Shown here: positions 26,301-41,300 of the stretch, in pieces | Numbering within the stretch: the stretch's first letter is position 1 | Layout of the letters: the number at the start of each line of letters is the position of its first letter | From: Eledone cirrhosa | Taxonomy: Eukaryota | Assembly: GCA_964016885.1 (NCBI GenBank) | Contig: OZ024743.1 | Span: 182,342,001-182,406,000 of the forward strand | DNA: 64,000 bases | Reading direction: 5' to 3' | Position numbers and translations under genes: made by a program | Notes under the pieces: model-generated | Seen by the model: only the letters and a program-made list of their open reading frames with translations | What the model was told of the DNA's origin: nothing | The model's database searches: none

Positions 26301-29300
26301 ATTGGTGGTATTGGTGGTATTGGTAGTATTGGTGGTATTGTTAGTATTGGTGGTATTGTTAGTATTGGTGGTATTGTTAGTATTGGTGGTATTGTTAGTA
26401 TTGGTGGTATTGTTTGTATTGGTAGGTATTGTTAGTATTGGTGGTATTGTTAGTATTGGTGGTATTGTTTGTATTGGTAGTATTGGTGGTATTGTTAGTA
26501 TTGGTGGTATTGTTAGTATTGGTGGTATTGTTAGTATTGGTGGTATTGGTTGTATTGGTGGTATTGTTAGTATTGGTGGTATTGTTAGTATTGGTGGTAT
26601 TGTTAGTATTGGTGGTATTGTTAGTATTGGTGGTATTGTTAGTATTGGGTAGTATTGTTAGTATTGGTGGTATTGTTAGTATTGGTGGTATTGTTAGTAT
26701 TGGTTAGTATTGGTGGTATTGTTAGTATTGGTAGTATTGGTGGTATTGTTAGTATTGGTGGTATTGGTGGTATTGTTAGTATTGGTGGTATTGTTAGTAT
26801 TGTTAGTATTGGTGGTATTGTTAGTATTGGTAGTATTGGTGGTATTGGTGGTATTGTTAGTATTGGTGGTATTGTTAGTATTGGTGGTATTGTTAGTATT
26901 GGTGGTATTGTTAGTATTGGTGGTATTGTTAGTATTGGTGGTATTGGTTGTATTGGTTGTATTGGTGGTATTGTTAGTATTGGTGGTATTGTTAGTATTG
27001 GTGGTATTGTTAGTATTGGTGGTATTGTTAGTATTGGTGGTATTGTTAGTATTGGTAGTATTGGTGGTATTGTTAGTATTGTTAGTATTGGTGGTATTGT
27101 TAGTATTGGTGGTATTGGTGGTATTGTTAGTATTGGTGGTATTGTTAGTATTGTTAGTATTGGTGGTATTGTTAGTATTGGTAGTATTGGTGGTATTGGT
27201 TAGTATTGGTGGTATTGTTAGTATTGGTGGTATTGTTAGTATTGGTGGTATTGTTAGTATTGGTTGTATTGTTAGTATTGGTGGTATTGGTGGTATTGGT
27301 TGTATTGGTGGTATTGTTAGTATTGGTGGTATTGTTAGTATTGGTGGTATTGTTAGTATTGGTGGTATTGTTAGTATTGGTGGTATTGTTTGTATTGGTG
27401 GTATTGTTAGTATTGGTGGTATTGTTAGTATTGGTGGTATTGGTTGTATTGGTAGTATTGGTGGTATTGTTAGTATTGGTGGTATTGTTTGTATTGGTGG
27501 TATTGTTAGTATTGGTGGTATTGGTTGTATTGGTGGTATTGTTAGTATTGGTGGTATTGTTAGTATTGGTGGTATTGTTAGTATTGGTGGTATTGTTAGT
27601 ATTGGTGGTATTGTTAGTATTGGTGGTATTGTTAGTATTGGTGGTATTGTTAGTATTGTTAGTATTGGTGGTATTGTTAGTATTGTTAGTATTGGTGGTA
27701 TTGGTTGTATTGTTAGTATTGGTAGTATTGGTGGTATTGTTAGTATTGGTGGTATTGTTAGTATTGGTGGTATTGTTGTTGGTATTGTGGTATTGTTAGT
27801 ATTGGTGGTATTGTTAGTATTGGTGGTATTGTTAGTATTGGTGGTATTGTTAGTATTGGTGGTATTGTTAGTATTGGTGGTATTGTTAGTATTGGTGGTA
27901 TTGTTAGTATTGGTAGTATTGGTGGTATTGTTAGTATTGGTGGTATTGGTAGTATTGGTAGTATTGGTGGTATTGTAGTATTGTTAGTATTGGTGGTATT
28001 GTTAGTATTGGTGGTATTGGTGGTATTGTTAGTATTGGTAGTATTGGTGGTATTGTTAGTATTGGTGGTATTGTTAGTATTGGTGGTATTGTTAGTATTG
28101 GTGGTATTGTTAGTATTGTTAGTATTGGTAGTATTGGTGGTATTGTTAGTATTGGTAGTATTGGTGGTATTGTTAGTATTGGTGGTATTGTTAGTATTGG
28201 TGGTATTGTTAGTATTGGTGGTATTGTTAGTATTGTTAGTATTGGTAGTATTGGTGGTATTGTTAGTATTGGTGGTATTGTTAGTATTGTTAGTATTGGT
28301 AGTATTGGTGGTATTGTTAGTATTGGTGGTATTGTTAGTATTGGTGGTATTGTTAGTATTGGTGGTATTGTTAGTATTGGTGGTATTGTTAGTATTGGTG
28401 GTATTGTTAGTATTGTTAGTATTGGTAGTATTGGTGGTATTGTTAGTATTGGTGGTATTGTTAGTATTGGTGGTATTGTTAGTATTGGTGGTATTGTTAG
28501 TATTGTTAGTATTGGTGGTATTGTTAGTATTGGTGGTATTGTTAGTATTGGTGGTATTGTTAGTATTGGTAGTATTGGTGGTATTGTTAGTATTGGTAGT
28601 ATTGGTGGTATTGTTAGTATTGGTGGTATTGTTAGTATTGGTGGTATTGTTAGTATTGGTAGTATTGGTGGTATTGTTAGTATTGGTAGTATTGGTGGTA
28701 TTGTTAGTATTGGTGGTATTGTTAGTATTGGTGGTATTGTTAGTATTGGTAGTATTGGTGGTATTGTTAGTATTGGTGGTATTGTTAGTATTGGTGGTAT
28801 TGTTAGTATTGGTGGTATTGTTAGTATTGGTAGTATTGGTGGTATTGTTAGTATTGGTGGTATTGTTAGTATTGGTGGTATTGTTAGTATTGGTGGTATT
28901 GTTAGTATTGGTAGTATTGGTGGTATTGTTAGTATTGGTAGTATTGGTGGTATTGTTAGTATTGGTGGTATTGTTAGTATTGGTGGTATTGTTAGTATTG
29001 GTAGTATTGGTGGTATTGTTAGTATTGGTGGTATTGTTAGTATTGGTGGTATTGTTAGTATTGGTGGTATTGTTAGCATTGGTAGTATTGGTGGTATTGT
29101 TAGTATTGGTGGTATTGTTAGTATTGGTGGTATTGTTAGTATTGGTGGTATTGTTAGTATTGGTAGTATTGGTGGTATTGTTAGTATTGGTAGTATTGGT
29201 GGTATTGTTAGTATTGGTGGTATTGTTAGTATTGGTGGTATTGTTAGTATTGGTGGTATTGTTAGTATTGGTGGTATTGTTAGTATTGGTAGTATTGGTT

Positions 29301-32300
29301 AGTATTGGTGGTATTGTTAGTATTGGTGGTATTGTTAGTATTGGTGGTATTGTTAGTATTGGTGGTATTGTTAGTATTGGTAGTATTGGTGGTATTGTTA
29401 GTATTGGTGGTATTGTTAGTATTGGTGGTATTGTTAGTATTGGTGGTATTGTTAGTATTGGTGGTATTGTTAGTATTGGTAGTATTGGTGGTATTGTTAG
29501 TATTGGTTGTATTGTTAGTATTGGTAGTATTGGTGGTATTGTTAGTATTGGTGGTATTGTTAGTATTGTTAGTATTGGTGGTATTGTTAGTATTGGTAGT
29601 ATTGGTGGTATTGTTAGTATTGGTGGTATTGTTAGTATTGGTGGTATTGTTAGTATTGGTAGTATTGGTGGTATTGTTAGTATTGGTGGTATTGTTAGTA
29701 TTGTTAGTATTGGTGGTATTGTTAGTATTGGTAGTATTGGTGGTATTGTTAGTATTGGTGGTATTGTTAGTATTGGTGGTATTGTTAGTATTGGTGGTAT
29801 TGTTAGTATTGGTAGTATTGGTGGTATTGTTAGTATTGGTGGTATTGTTAGTATTGGTAGTATTGGTGGTATTGTTAGTATTGGTGGTATTGTTAGTATT
29901 GGTAGTATTGTTAGTATTGGTAGTATTGGTGGTATTGTTAGTATTGGTGGTATTGTTAGTATTGTTAGTATTGGTGGTATTGTTAGTATTGGTAGTATTG
30001 GTGGTATTGTTAGTATTGGTAGTATTGGTGGTATTGTTAGTATTGGTGGTATTGTTAGTATTGGTAGTATTGGTGGTATTGTTAGTATTGGTAGTATTGG
30101 TGGTATTGTTAGTATTGGTGGTATTGTTAGTATTGTTAGTATTGGTGGTATTGTTAGTATTGGTGGTATTGTTAGTATTGTTAGTATTGGTGGTATTGTT
30201 AGTATTGGTGGTATTGTTAGTATTGGTGGTATTGTTAGTATTGGTGGTATTGTTAGTATTGGTGGTATTGTTAGTATTGGTAGTATTGGTGGTATTGTTA
30301 GTATTGGTGGTATTGCTAGTATTGGTGGTATTGTTAGTATTGGTGGTATTGTTAGTATTGGTGGTATTGTTAGTATTGGTGGTATTGTTAGTATTGGTAG
30401 TATTGGTGGTATTGTTAGTATTGGTGGTATTGTTAGTATTGGTGGTATTGGTAGTATTGGTAGTATTGGTGGTATTGTTAGTATTGGTGGTATTGTTAGT
30501 ATTGGTGGTATTGTTAGTATTGGTGGTATTGTTAGTATTGGTAGTATTGGTGGTATTGGTAGTATTGGTAGTATTGGTGGTATTGTTAGTATTGGTGGTA
30601 TTGTTAGTATTGGTGGTATTGTTAGTATTGGTAGTATTGGTGGTATTGTTAGTATTGGTAGTATTGTAGTATTGGTGGTATTGTTAGTATTGGTGGTATT
30701 GTTAGTATTGGTGGTATTGTTAGTATTGGTGGTATTGTTAGTATTGGTAGGTATTGTTAGTATTGTTAGTATTGGTAGTATTGGTGGTATTGTTAGTATT
30801 GGTGGTATTGGTGGTATTGTTAGTATTGGTATTATTGGTGGTATTGTTAGTATTGGTGGTATTGTTAGTATTGGTAGTATTGGTGGTATTGGTAGTATTG
30901 GTGGTATTGGTAGTATTGGTATTATTGGTGGTATTGTTAGTATTGGTGGTATTGTTATAGTATTGGTAGTATTGGTGGTATTGGTAGTATTGGTATTATT
31001 GGTGGTATTGTTAGTATTGGTGGTATTGTTAGTATTGGTGGTATTGGTGGTATTGTTAGTATTGGTGGTATTGTTAGTATTGGTAGTATTGGTGGTATTG
31101 GTAGTATTGTTAGTATTGGTAGTATTGGTAGTATTGGTGGTATTGTTAGTATTGGTGGTATTGTTAGTATTGGTGGTATTGTTAGTATTGGTGGTATTGT
31201 TAGTATTGGTAGTATTGGTGGTATTGTTAGTATTGGTGGTATTGTTAGTATTGGTGGTATTGTTAGTATTGGTGGTATTGTTAGTATTGGTGGTATTGGT
31301 GGTATTGTTAGTATTGGTAGTATTGGTGGTATTGTTAGTATTGGTGGTATTGTTAGTATTGGTGTATTGGTGGTATTGTTAGTATTGGTGGTATTGTTAG
31401 TATTGGTAGTATTGGTGGTATTGTTAGTATTGGTAGTATTGGTGGTATTGTTAGTATTGGTGGTATTGTTAGTATTGGTGGTATTGTTAGCATTGGTGGT
31501 ATTGTTAGTATTGGTAGTATTGGTGGTATTGTTAGTATTGGTAGTATTGGTGGTATTGTTAGTATTGGTGGTATTGTTAGTATTGGTAGTATTGGTGGTA
31601 TTGGTAGTATTGTTAGTATTGGTAGTATTGGTGGTATTGTTAGTATTGGTGGTATTGTTAGTATTGGTGGTATTGTTAGTATTGGTGGTATTGTTAGTAT
31701 TGGTAGTACTGGTGGTATTGTTAGTATTGGTGGTATTGTTAGTATTGGTGGTATTGTTAGTATTGGTGGTATTGTTAGTATTGGTGGTATTGGTGGTATT
31801 GTTAGTATTGGTGGTATTGTTAGTATTGGTGGTATTGTTAGTATTGGTGGTATTGTAGTATTGGTAGTATTGGTGGTATTGTTAGTATTGGTGGTATTGT
31901 TAGTATTGGTAGTATTGGTGGTATTGTTAGTATTGGTAGTATTGGTGGTATTGTTAGTAATGGTGGTATTGTTAGTATTGGTGGTATTGTTAGTATTGGT
32001 GGTATTGTTAGTATTGGTAGTATTGGTGGTATTGTTAGTATTGGTAGTATTGGTGGTATTGTTAGTATTGGTAGTATTGGTGGTATTGTTAGTATTGGTG
32101 GTATTGTTAGTATTGGTGGTATTGTTAGTATTGGTAGTATTGGTGGTATTGTTAGTATTGGTGGTATTGTTAGTATTGGTGGTATTGTTAGTATTGGTGG
32201 TATTGTTAGTATTGGTGGTATTGTTAGTATTGGTAGTATTGGTGGTATTGTTAGTATTGGTAGTATTGGTGGTATTGTTAGTATTGGTGGTATTGTTAGT

Positions 32301-35300
32301 ATTGGTGGTATTGTTAGTATTGGTAGTATTGGTGGTATTGTTAGTATTGGTGGTATTGTTAGTATTGGTGGTATTGTTAGTATTGGTAGTATTGGTGGTA
32401 TTGTTAGTATTGGTGGTATTGGTAGTATTGGTAGTATTGGTGGTATTGTTAGTATTGGTGGTATTGTTAGTATTGTTAGTATTGTTAGTATTGGTAGTAT
32501 TGGTGGTATTGTTAGTATTGGTAGTATTGGTGGTATTGGTAGTATTGGTAGTATTGGTGGTATTGTTAGTATTGGTGGTATTGTTAGTATTGGTGGTATT
32601 GTTAGTATTGGTGGTATTGTTAGTATTGGTGGTATTGTTAGTATTGGTGGTATTGTTAGTATTGTTAGTATTGGTGGTATTGTTAGTATTGTTAGTATTG
32701 TTAGTATTGGTAGTATTGGTGGTATTGTTAGTATTGGTGGTATTGTTAGTATTGTTAGTATTGGTAGTATTGGTGGTATTGTTAGTATTGGTGGTATTGT
32801 TAGTATTGGTGGTATTGGTAGTATTGGTGGTATTGTTAGTATTGGTGGTATTGTTAGTATTGGTGGTATTGGTAGTATTGGTGGTATTGTTAGTATTGGT
32901 AGTATTGGTGTATTGGTAGTATTGGTGGTATTGTTAGTATTGGTAGTATTGGTAGTATTGGTGGTGTTGTTAATATTGGTGGTATTGTTAGTATTGGTAG
33001 TATTGTTAGTATTGTTAGTATTGTTAGTATTGGTAGTATTGGTGGTATTGTTAGTATTGGTAGTATTGGTTATATTGGTAGTATTGGTGGTATTGTTAGT
33101 ATTGGTGGTATTGTTAGTATTGGTGGTATTGTTAGTATTGGTGGTATTGTTAGTATTGGTGGTATTGTTAGTATTGGTAGTATTGTTAGTATTGTTAGTA
33201 TTGGTAGTATTGGTGGTATTGTTAGTATTGGTGGTATTGTTAGTATTGGTAGTATTGTTAGTATTGGTGGTATTGTTAGTATTGGTGGTATTGTTAGTAT
33301 TGGTAGTATTGTTAGTATTGTTAGTATTGGTAGTATTGGTGGTATTGTTAGTATTGGTGGTATTGTTAGTATTGGTGGTATTGTTAGTATTGGTGGTATT
33401 GTTAGTATTGGTGGTATTGTTAGTATTGGTGGTATTGGTAGTATTGGTGGTATTGTTAGTATTGGTGGTATTGTTAGTATTGGTGGTATTGGTAGTATTG
33501 GTGGTATTGTTAGTATTGGTAGTATTGGTGGTATTGGTAGTATTGGTAGTATTGGTGGTATTGTTAGTATTGGTGGTATTGTTAGTATTGGTAGTATTGT
33601 TAGTATTGTTAGTATTGTTAGTATTGGTAGTATTGGTGGTATTGTTAGTATTGGTAGTATTGGTAGTATTGGTAGTATTGGTGGTATTGTTAGTATTGGT
33701 GGTATTGTTAGTATTGGTGGTATTGTTAGTATTGGTGGTATTGTTAGTATTGGTGGTATTGTTAGTATTGGTGGTATTGTTAGTATTGGTTAGTATTGTT
33801 AGTATTGTTAGTATTGGTAGTATTGGTGGTATTGTTAGTATTGGTGGTATTGGTAGTATTGGTAGTATTGGTGGTATTGTTAGTATTGGTGGTATTGTTA
33901 GTATTGGTGGTATTGTTAGTATTGGTGGTATTGTTAGTATTGGTAGTATTGTTAGTATTGGTGGTATTGTTGGTATTGTTAGTATTGGTAGTATTGGTGG
34001 TATTGTTAGTATTGGTGGTATTGGTGGTATTGTTAGTATTGGTGGTATTGTTAGTATTGGTGGTATTGTTAGTATTGGTGGTATTGTTAGTATTGGTGGT
34101 ATTGTTAGTATTGTTAGTATTGGTGGTATTGTTAGTATTGGTAGTATTGGTGGTATTGTTAGTATTGGTGGTATTGTTAGTATTGTTAGTATTGGTGGTA
34201 TTGTTAGTATTGGTGGTATTGTTAGTATTGGTATTGGTGGTATTGTTAGTATTGTTAGTATTGGTGGTATTGTTAGTATTGTTAGTATTGGTAGGTATTG
34301 TTAGTATTGGTAGTATTGGTGGTATTGTTAGTATTGTTAGTATTGGTGGTATTGTTAGTATTGGTGGTATTGTTAGCATTGGTGGTATTGTTAGTATTGG
34401 TAGTATTGGTGGTATTGTTAGTATTGGTGGTATTGTTAGTATTGGTAGTATTGGTGGTATTGTTAGTATTGGTAGTATTGGTGGTATTGGTAGTATTGTT
34501 AGTATTGGTAGTATTGGTAGTATTGGTGGTATTGTTTCTATTGGTGGTATTGTTAGTATTGGTGGTATTGTTAGTATTGGTAGTACTGGTGGTATTGTTA
34601 GTATTGGTGGTATTGTTAGTATTGGTGGTATTGTTAGTATTGGTGGTATTGTTAGTATTGGTGGTATTGGTGGTATTGTTAGTATTGGTGGTATTGTTAG
34701 TATTGGTGGTATTGTTAGTATTGGTGGTATTGTTAGCATTGGTAGTATTGGTGGTATTGTTAGTATTGGTGGTATTGTTAGTATTGGTAGTATTGGTGGT
34801 ATTGTTAGTATTGGTAGTATTGGTGGTATTGTTAGTATTGGTGGTATTGTTAGTATTGGTGGTATTGTTAGTATTGGTGGTATTGTTAGTATTGGTAGTA
34901 TTGGTGGTATTGTTAGTATTGGTAGTATTGGTGGTATTGTTAGTATTGGTGGTATTGTTAGTATTGGTAGTATTGGTGGTATTGTTAGTATTGGTGGTAT
35001 TGTTAGTATTGGTGGTATTGTTAGTATTGGTAGTATTGGTGGTATTGTTAGTATTAGTGGTATTGTTAGTATTGGTGGTATTGTTAGTATTGGTGGTATT
35101 GTTAGTATTGGTAGTATTGGTGGTATTGTTAGTATTGGTAGTATTGGTGGTATTGTTAGTATTGGTAGTATTGGTGGTATTGTTAGTATTGGTGGTATTG
35201 TTAGTATTGGTGGTATTGTTAGTATTGGTAGTATTGGTGGTATTGTTAGTATTGGTGGTATTGTTAGTATTGGTGGTATTGTTAGTATTGGTAGTATTGG

Positions 35301-38300
35301 TGGTATTGTTAGTATTGGTGGTATTGGTAGTATTGGTAGTATTGGTGGTATTGTTAGTATTGGTGGTATTGTTAGTATTGTTAGTATTGTTAGTATTGGT
35401 AGTATTGGTGGTATCGTTAGTATTGGTAGTATTGGTGGTATTGGTAGTATTGGTAGTATTGGTGTATTGTTAGTATTGGTGGTATTGTTAGTATTGGTGG
35501 TATTGTTAGTATTGGTGGTATTGTTAGTATTGGTGGTATTGTTAGTATTGGTGGTATTGTTAGTATTGTTAGTATTGGTGGTATTGTTAGTATTGTTAGT
35601 ATTGTTAGTATTGTTAGTATTGGTAGTATTGGTGGTATTGTTAGTATTGGTGGTATTGTTAGTATTGTTAGTATTGGTAGTATTGGTGGTATTGTTAGTA
35701 TTGTTAGTATTGTTAGTATTGTTAGTATTGGTAGTATTGGTGGTATTGTTAGTATTGGTGGTATTGGTAGTATTGGTAGTATTGGTGGTATTGTTAGTAT
35801 TGGTGGTATTGTTAGTATTGGTGGTATTGTTAGTATTGGTGGTATTGTTAGTATTGGTAGTATTGTTAGTATTGGTGGTATTGTTGGTATTGTTAGTATT
35901 GGTAGTATTGGTGGTATTGTTAGTATTGGTGGTATTGGTGGTATTGTTAGTATTGGTGGTATTGTTAGTATTGGTGGTATTGTTAATATTGGTGGTATTG
36001 TTAGTATTGGTGGTATTGTTAGTATTGTTAGTATTGGTGGTATTGTTAGTATTGGTAGTATTGGTGGTATTGTTAGTATTGGTGGTATTGTTAGTATTGT
36101 TAGTATTGGTGGTATTGTTAATATTGGTGGTATTGTTAGTATTGGTGGTATTGTTAGTATTGTTAGTATTGGTGGTATTGTTAGTATTGTTAGTATTGGT
36201 AGTATTGTTAGTATTGGTAGTATTGGTGGTATTGTTAGTATTGTTAGTATTGGTGGTATTGTTAGTATTGGTGGTATTGTTAGCATTGGTGGTATTGTTA
36301 GTATTGGTAGTATTGGTGGTATTGTTAGTATTGGTGGTATTGTTAGTATTGGTAGTATTGGTGGTATTGTTAGTATTGGTAGTATTGGTGGTATTGGTAG
36401 TATTGTTAGTATTGGTAGTATTGGTAGTATTGGTGGTATTGTTTCTATTGGTGGTATTGTTAGTATTGGTGGTATTGTTAGTATTGGTAGTACTGGTGGT
36501 ATTGTTAGTATTGGTGGTATTGTTAGTATTGGTGGTATTGTTAGTATTGGTGGTATTGTTAGTATTGGTGGTATTGGTGGTATTGTTAGTATTGGTGGTA
36601 TTGTTAGTATTGGTAGTATTGGTGGTATTGTTAGTATTGGTGGTATTGTTAGTATTGGTGGTATTGTTAGTATTGGTGGTATTGGTGGTATTGTTAGTAT
36701 TGGTAGTATTGGTGGTATTGTTAGTATTGGTGGTATTGTTAGTATTGGTAGTATTGGTGGTATTGTTAGTATTGGTGGTATTGTTAGTATGGTGGTATTG
36801 TTAGTATTGGTAGTATTGGTGGTATTGTTAGTATTAGTGGTATTGTTAGTATTGGTGGTATTGTTAGTATTGGTGGTATTGTTAGTATTGGTAGTATTGG
36901 TGGTATTGTTAGTATTGGTAGTATTGGTGGTATTGTTAGTATTGGTAGTATTGGTGGTATTGTTAGTATTGGTAGTATTGGTGGTATTGTTAGTATTGGT
37001 GTATTGTTAGTATTGGTGGTATTGTTAGTATTGGTAGTATTGGTGGTATTGTTAGCATTGGTGGTATTGTTAGTATTGGTGGTATTGTTAGTATTGGTAG
37101 TATTGGTGGTATTGTTAGTATTGGTGGTATTGGTAGTATTGGTAGTATTGGTGGTATTGTTAGTATTGGTGGTATTGTTAGTATTGTTAGTATTGTTAGT
37201 ATTGGTAGTATTGGTGGTATCGTTAGTATTGGTAGTATTGGTGGTATTGGTAGTATTGGTAGTATTGGTGGTATTGTTAGTATTGGTGGTATTGTTATTA
37301 TTGGTGGTATTGTTAGTATTGGTGGTATTGTTAGTATTGGTGGTATTGTTAGTATTGGTGGTATTGTTAGTATTGTTAGTATTGGTGGTATTGTTAGTAT
37401 TGTTAGTATTGTTAGTATTGTTAGTATTGGTAGTATTGGTGGTATTGTTAGTATTGGTGGTATTGTTAGTATTGTTAGTATTGGTAGTATTGGTGGTATT
37501 GTTAGCATTGGTGGTATTGTTAGTATTGGTGGTATTGGTAGTATTGGTGGTATTGTTAGTATTGGTGGTATTGTTAGTATTGGTGGTATTGGTGGTATTG
37601 TTAGTATTGGTAGTATTGGTGGTATTGGTAGTATTGGTAGTATTGGTAGTATTGGTGGTGTTGTTAATATTGGTGGTATTGTTAGTATTGGTAGTATTGT
37701 TAGTATTGTTAGTATTGTTAGTATTGGTAGTATTGGTGGTATTGTTAGTATTGGTAGTATTGGTAATATTGGTAGTATTGGTGGTATTGTTAGTATTGGT
37801 GGTATTGTTAGTATTGGTGGTATTGTTAGTATTGGTGGTATTGTTAGTATTGGTGGTATTGTTAGTATTTTGGTGGTATTGTTAGTATTGTTAGTATTGT
37901 TAGTATTGGTAGTATTGGTGGTATTGTTAGTATTGGTGGTATTGTTAGTATTGGTAGTATTGTTAGTATTGGTGGTATTGTTAGTATTGGTGGTATTGGT
38001 AGTATTGTTAGTATTGTTAGTATTGTTAGTATTGGTAGTATTGGTGGTATTGTTAGTATTGGTGGTATTGTTAGTATTGGTGGTATTGGTAGTATTGGTG
38101 GTATTGTTAGTATTGGTGGTATTGGTAGTATTGGTGGTATTGTTAGTATTGGTGGTATTGTTAGTATTGGTGGTATTGGTAGTATTGGTGGTATTGTTAG
38201 TATTGGTAGTATTGGTGGTATTGGTAGTATTGGTAGTATTGGTAGTATTGGTGGTATTGTTAGTATTGGTGGTATTGTTAGTATTGGTAGTATTGTTAGT

Positions 38301-41300
38301 ATTGTTAGTATTGTTAGTATTGGTAGTATTGGTGGTATTGTTAGTATTGGTAGTATTGGTAATATTGGTAGTATTGGTGGTATTGTTAGTATTGGTGGTA
38401 TTGTTAGTATTGGTGGTATTGTTAGTATTGGTGGTATTGTTAGTATTGGTGGTATTGTTAGTATTGGTAGTATTGTTAGTATTGTTAGTATTGGTAGTAT
38501 TGGTGGTATTGTTAGTATTGGTGGTATTGGTAGTATTGGTGGTATTGTTAGTATTGGTGGTATTGTTAGTATTGGTGGTATTGTTAGTATTGGTGGTATT
38601 GTTAGTATTGGTGGTATTGTTAGTATTGGTAGTATTGTTAGTATTGGTGGTATTGTTGGTATTGTTAGTATTGGTAGTATTGGTGGTATTGTTAGTATTG
38701 GTGGTATTGGTGGTATTGTGTTAGTATTGGTGGTATTGTTAGTATTGGTGGTATTGTTAGTATTGGTAGTATTGTGTGGTATTGTTAGTATTGGTAGTAT
38801 TGGTGGTATTGTTAGTATTGGTGGTATTGTTAGTATTGTTAGTATTGGTGGTATTGTTAGTATTGGTGGTATTGTTAGTATTGGTGGTATTGTTAGTATT
38901 GTTAGTATGGTGGTATTGTTAGTATTGGTAGTATTGGTGGTATTGTTAGTATTGGTAGTATTGGTGGTATTGTTAGTATTGGTAGTATTGGTGGTATTGT
39001 TAGTATTGGTGGTATTGTTAGTATTGGTAGTATTGGTGGTATTGTTAGTATTGGTGGTATTGTTAGTATTGTTAGTATTGGTGGTATTGTTAGTATTGGT
39101 TAGTATTGGTGGTATTGTTAGTATTGTTAGTATTGGTGGTATTGTTAGTATTGGTGGTATTGTTAGTATTGGTAGTATTGGTGGTATTGTTAGTATTGGT
39201 GGTATTGTTAGTATTGTTAGTATTGGTGGTATTGTTAGTATTGGTGTATTGTTAGTATTGGTGGTATTGGTGTATTGGTGGTATTGTTAGTATTGGTGGT
39301 ATTGTTAGTATTGTTAGTATTGGTGGTATTGTTAGTATTGGTGGTATTGTTAGTATTGGTGGTATTGTTAGTATTGGTGGTATTGTTAGTATTGGTGTAT
39401 TGTTAGTATTGGTGGTATTGTTAGTATTGGTAGTATTGTTAGTATTGGTGGTATTGTTAGTATTGGTGGTATTGTTAGTATTGGTGGTATTGTTAGTATT
39501 GTTAGTATTGGTGGTATTGTTAGTATTGGTAGTATTGGTGGTATTGTTAGTATTGGTAGTATTGGTGGTATTGTTAGTATTGGTGGTATTGTTAGTATTG
39601 TTAGTATTGGTGGTATTGTTAGTATTGGTAGTATTGGTGTATTGTTAGTATTGGTAGTATTGTTAGTATTGGTGGTATTGTTGGTATTGTTAGTATTGTA
39701 GTATTGGTGGTATTGTTAGTATTGGTGGTATTGTTAGTATTGGTGGTATTGTTAGTATTGGTAGTATTGGTGGTATTGGTTGTATTGTTAGTATTGGTAG
39801 TATTGGTGGTATTGTTAGTATTGGTAGTATTGGTGGTATTGTTAGTATTGGTGGTATTGTTAGTATTGTTAGTATTGGTGGTATTGTTAGTATTGGTAGT
39901 ATTGGTGGTATTGTTAGTATTGGTGGTATTGTTAGTATTGGTGGTATTGTTAGTATTGGTAGTATTGGTGGTATTGTTAGTATTGGTGGTATTGTTAGTA
40001 TTGTTAGTATTGGTGGTATTGTTAGTATTGGTTGTATTGGTGGTATTGTTAGTATTGGTGGTATTGTTAGTATTGGTGGTATTGTAGTATTGGTGGTATT
40101 GTTAGTATTGGTAGTATTGGTGGTATTGTTAGTATTGGTGGTATTGTTAGTATTGGTAGTATTGGTGGTATTGTTAGTATTGGTGGTATTGTTAGTATTG
40201 GTAGTATTGGTGGTATTGTTAGTATTGGTAGTATTGGTGGTATTGTTAGTATTGGTAGTATTGGTGGTATTGTTAGTATTGGTGGTATTGTTAGTATTGG
40301 TAGTATTGGTGGTATTGTTAGTATTGGTAGTATTGGTGGTATTGTTAGTATTGGTGGTATTGTTAGTATTGGTAGTATTGGTGGTATTGTTAGTATTGGT
40401 GGTATTGGTAGGTATTGTTAGTATTGGTGGTATTGTTAGTATTGGTTAGTATTGGTGGTATTGTTAGTATTGGTGGTATTGTAGTATTGTAGTATTGGTG
40501 GTATTGTTAGTATTGGTAGTATTGGTGGTATTGTTAGTATTGGTGGTATTGTTAGTATTGGTGGTATTGTTAGTATTGGTGGTATTGTTAGTATTGGTGG
40601 TATTGTTAGTATTGGTAGTATTGGTGGTATTGTTAGTATTGGTAGTATTGGTGGTATTGTTAGTATTGGTGGTATTGTTAGTATTGTTAGTATTGGTGGT
40701 ATTGTTAGTATTGGTAGTATTGGTGGTATTGTTAGTATTGGTGGTATTGTTAGTATTGGTGGTATTGTTAGTATTGGTAGTATTGGTGGTATTGTTAGTA
40801 TTGGTGGTATTGTTAGTATTGGTAGTATTGGTGGTATTGGTAGTATTGGTAGTATTGGTGGTATTGTTAGTATTGGTGTATTGTTAGTATTGGTGGTATT
40901 GTTAGTATTGGTAGGTATTGTTGGTATTGGTAGTATGGTGGTATTGGTAGTATTGGTGGTATTGTTAGTATTGGTGGTATTGTTAGTATTGGTGGTATTG
41001 TTAGTATTGGTTGTATTGGTAGTATTGGTGGTATTGTTAGTATTGGTAGTATTGGTGGTATTGGTAGTATTGGTGGTATTGTTAGTATTGGTGGTATTGT
41101 TAGTATTGGTGGTATTGTTAGTATTGGTGGTATTGTTAGTATTGGTGGTATTGTTAGTATTGTTAGTATTGGTAGTATTGGTGGTATTGTTAGTATTGGT
41201 GGTATTGTTAGTATTGGTTAGTATTGGTAGTATTGGTGGTATTGTTAGTATTGGTAGTATTGGTGGTATTGTTAGTATTGGTGGTATTGTTAGTATTGGT

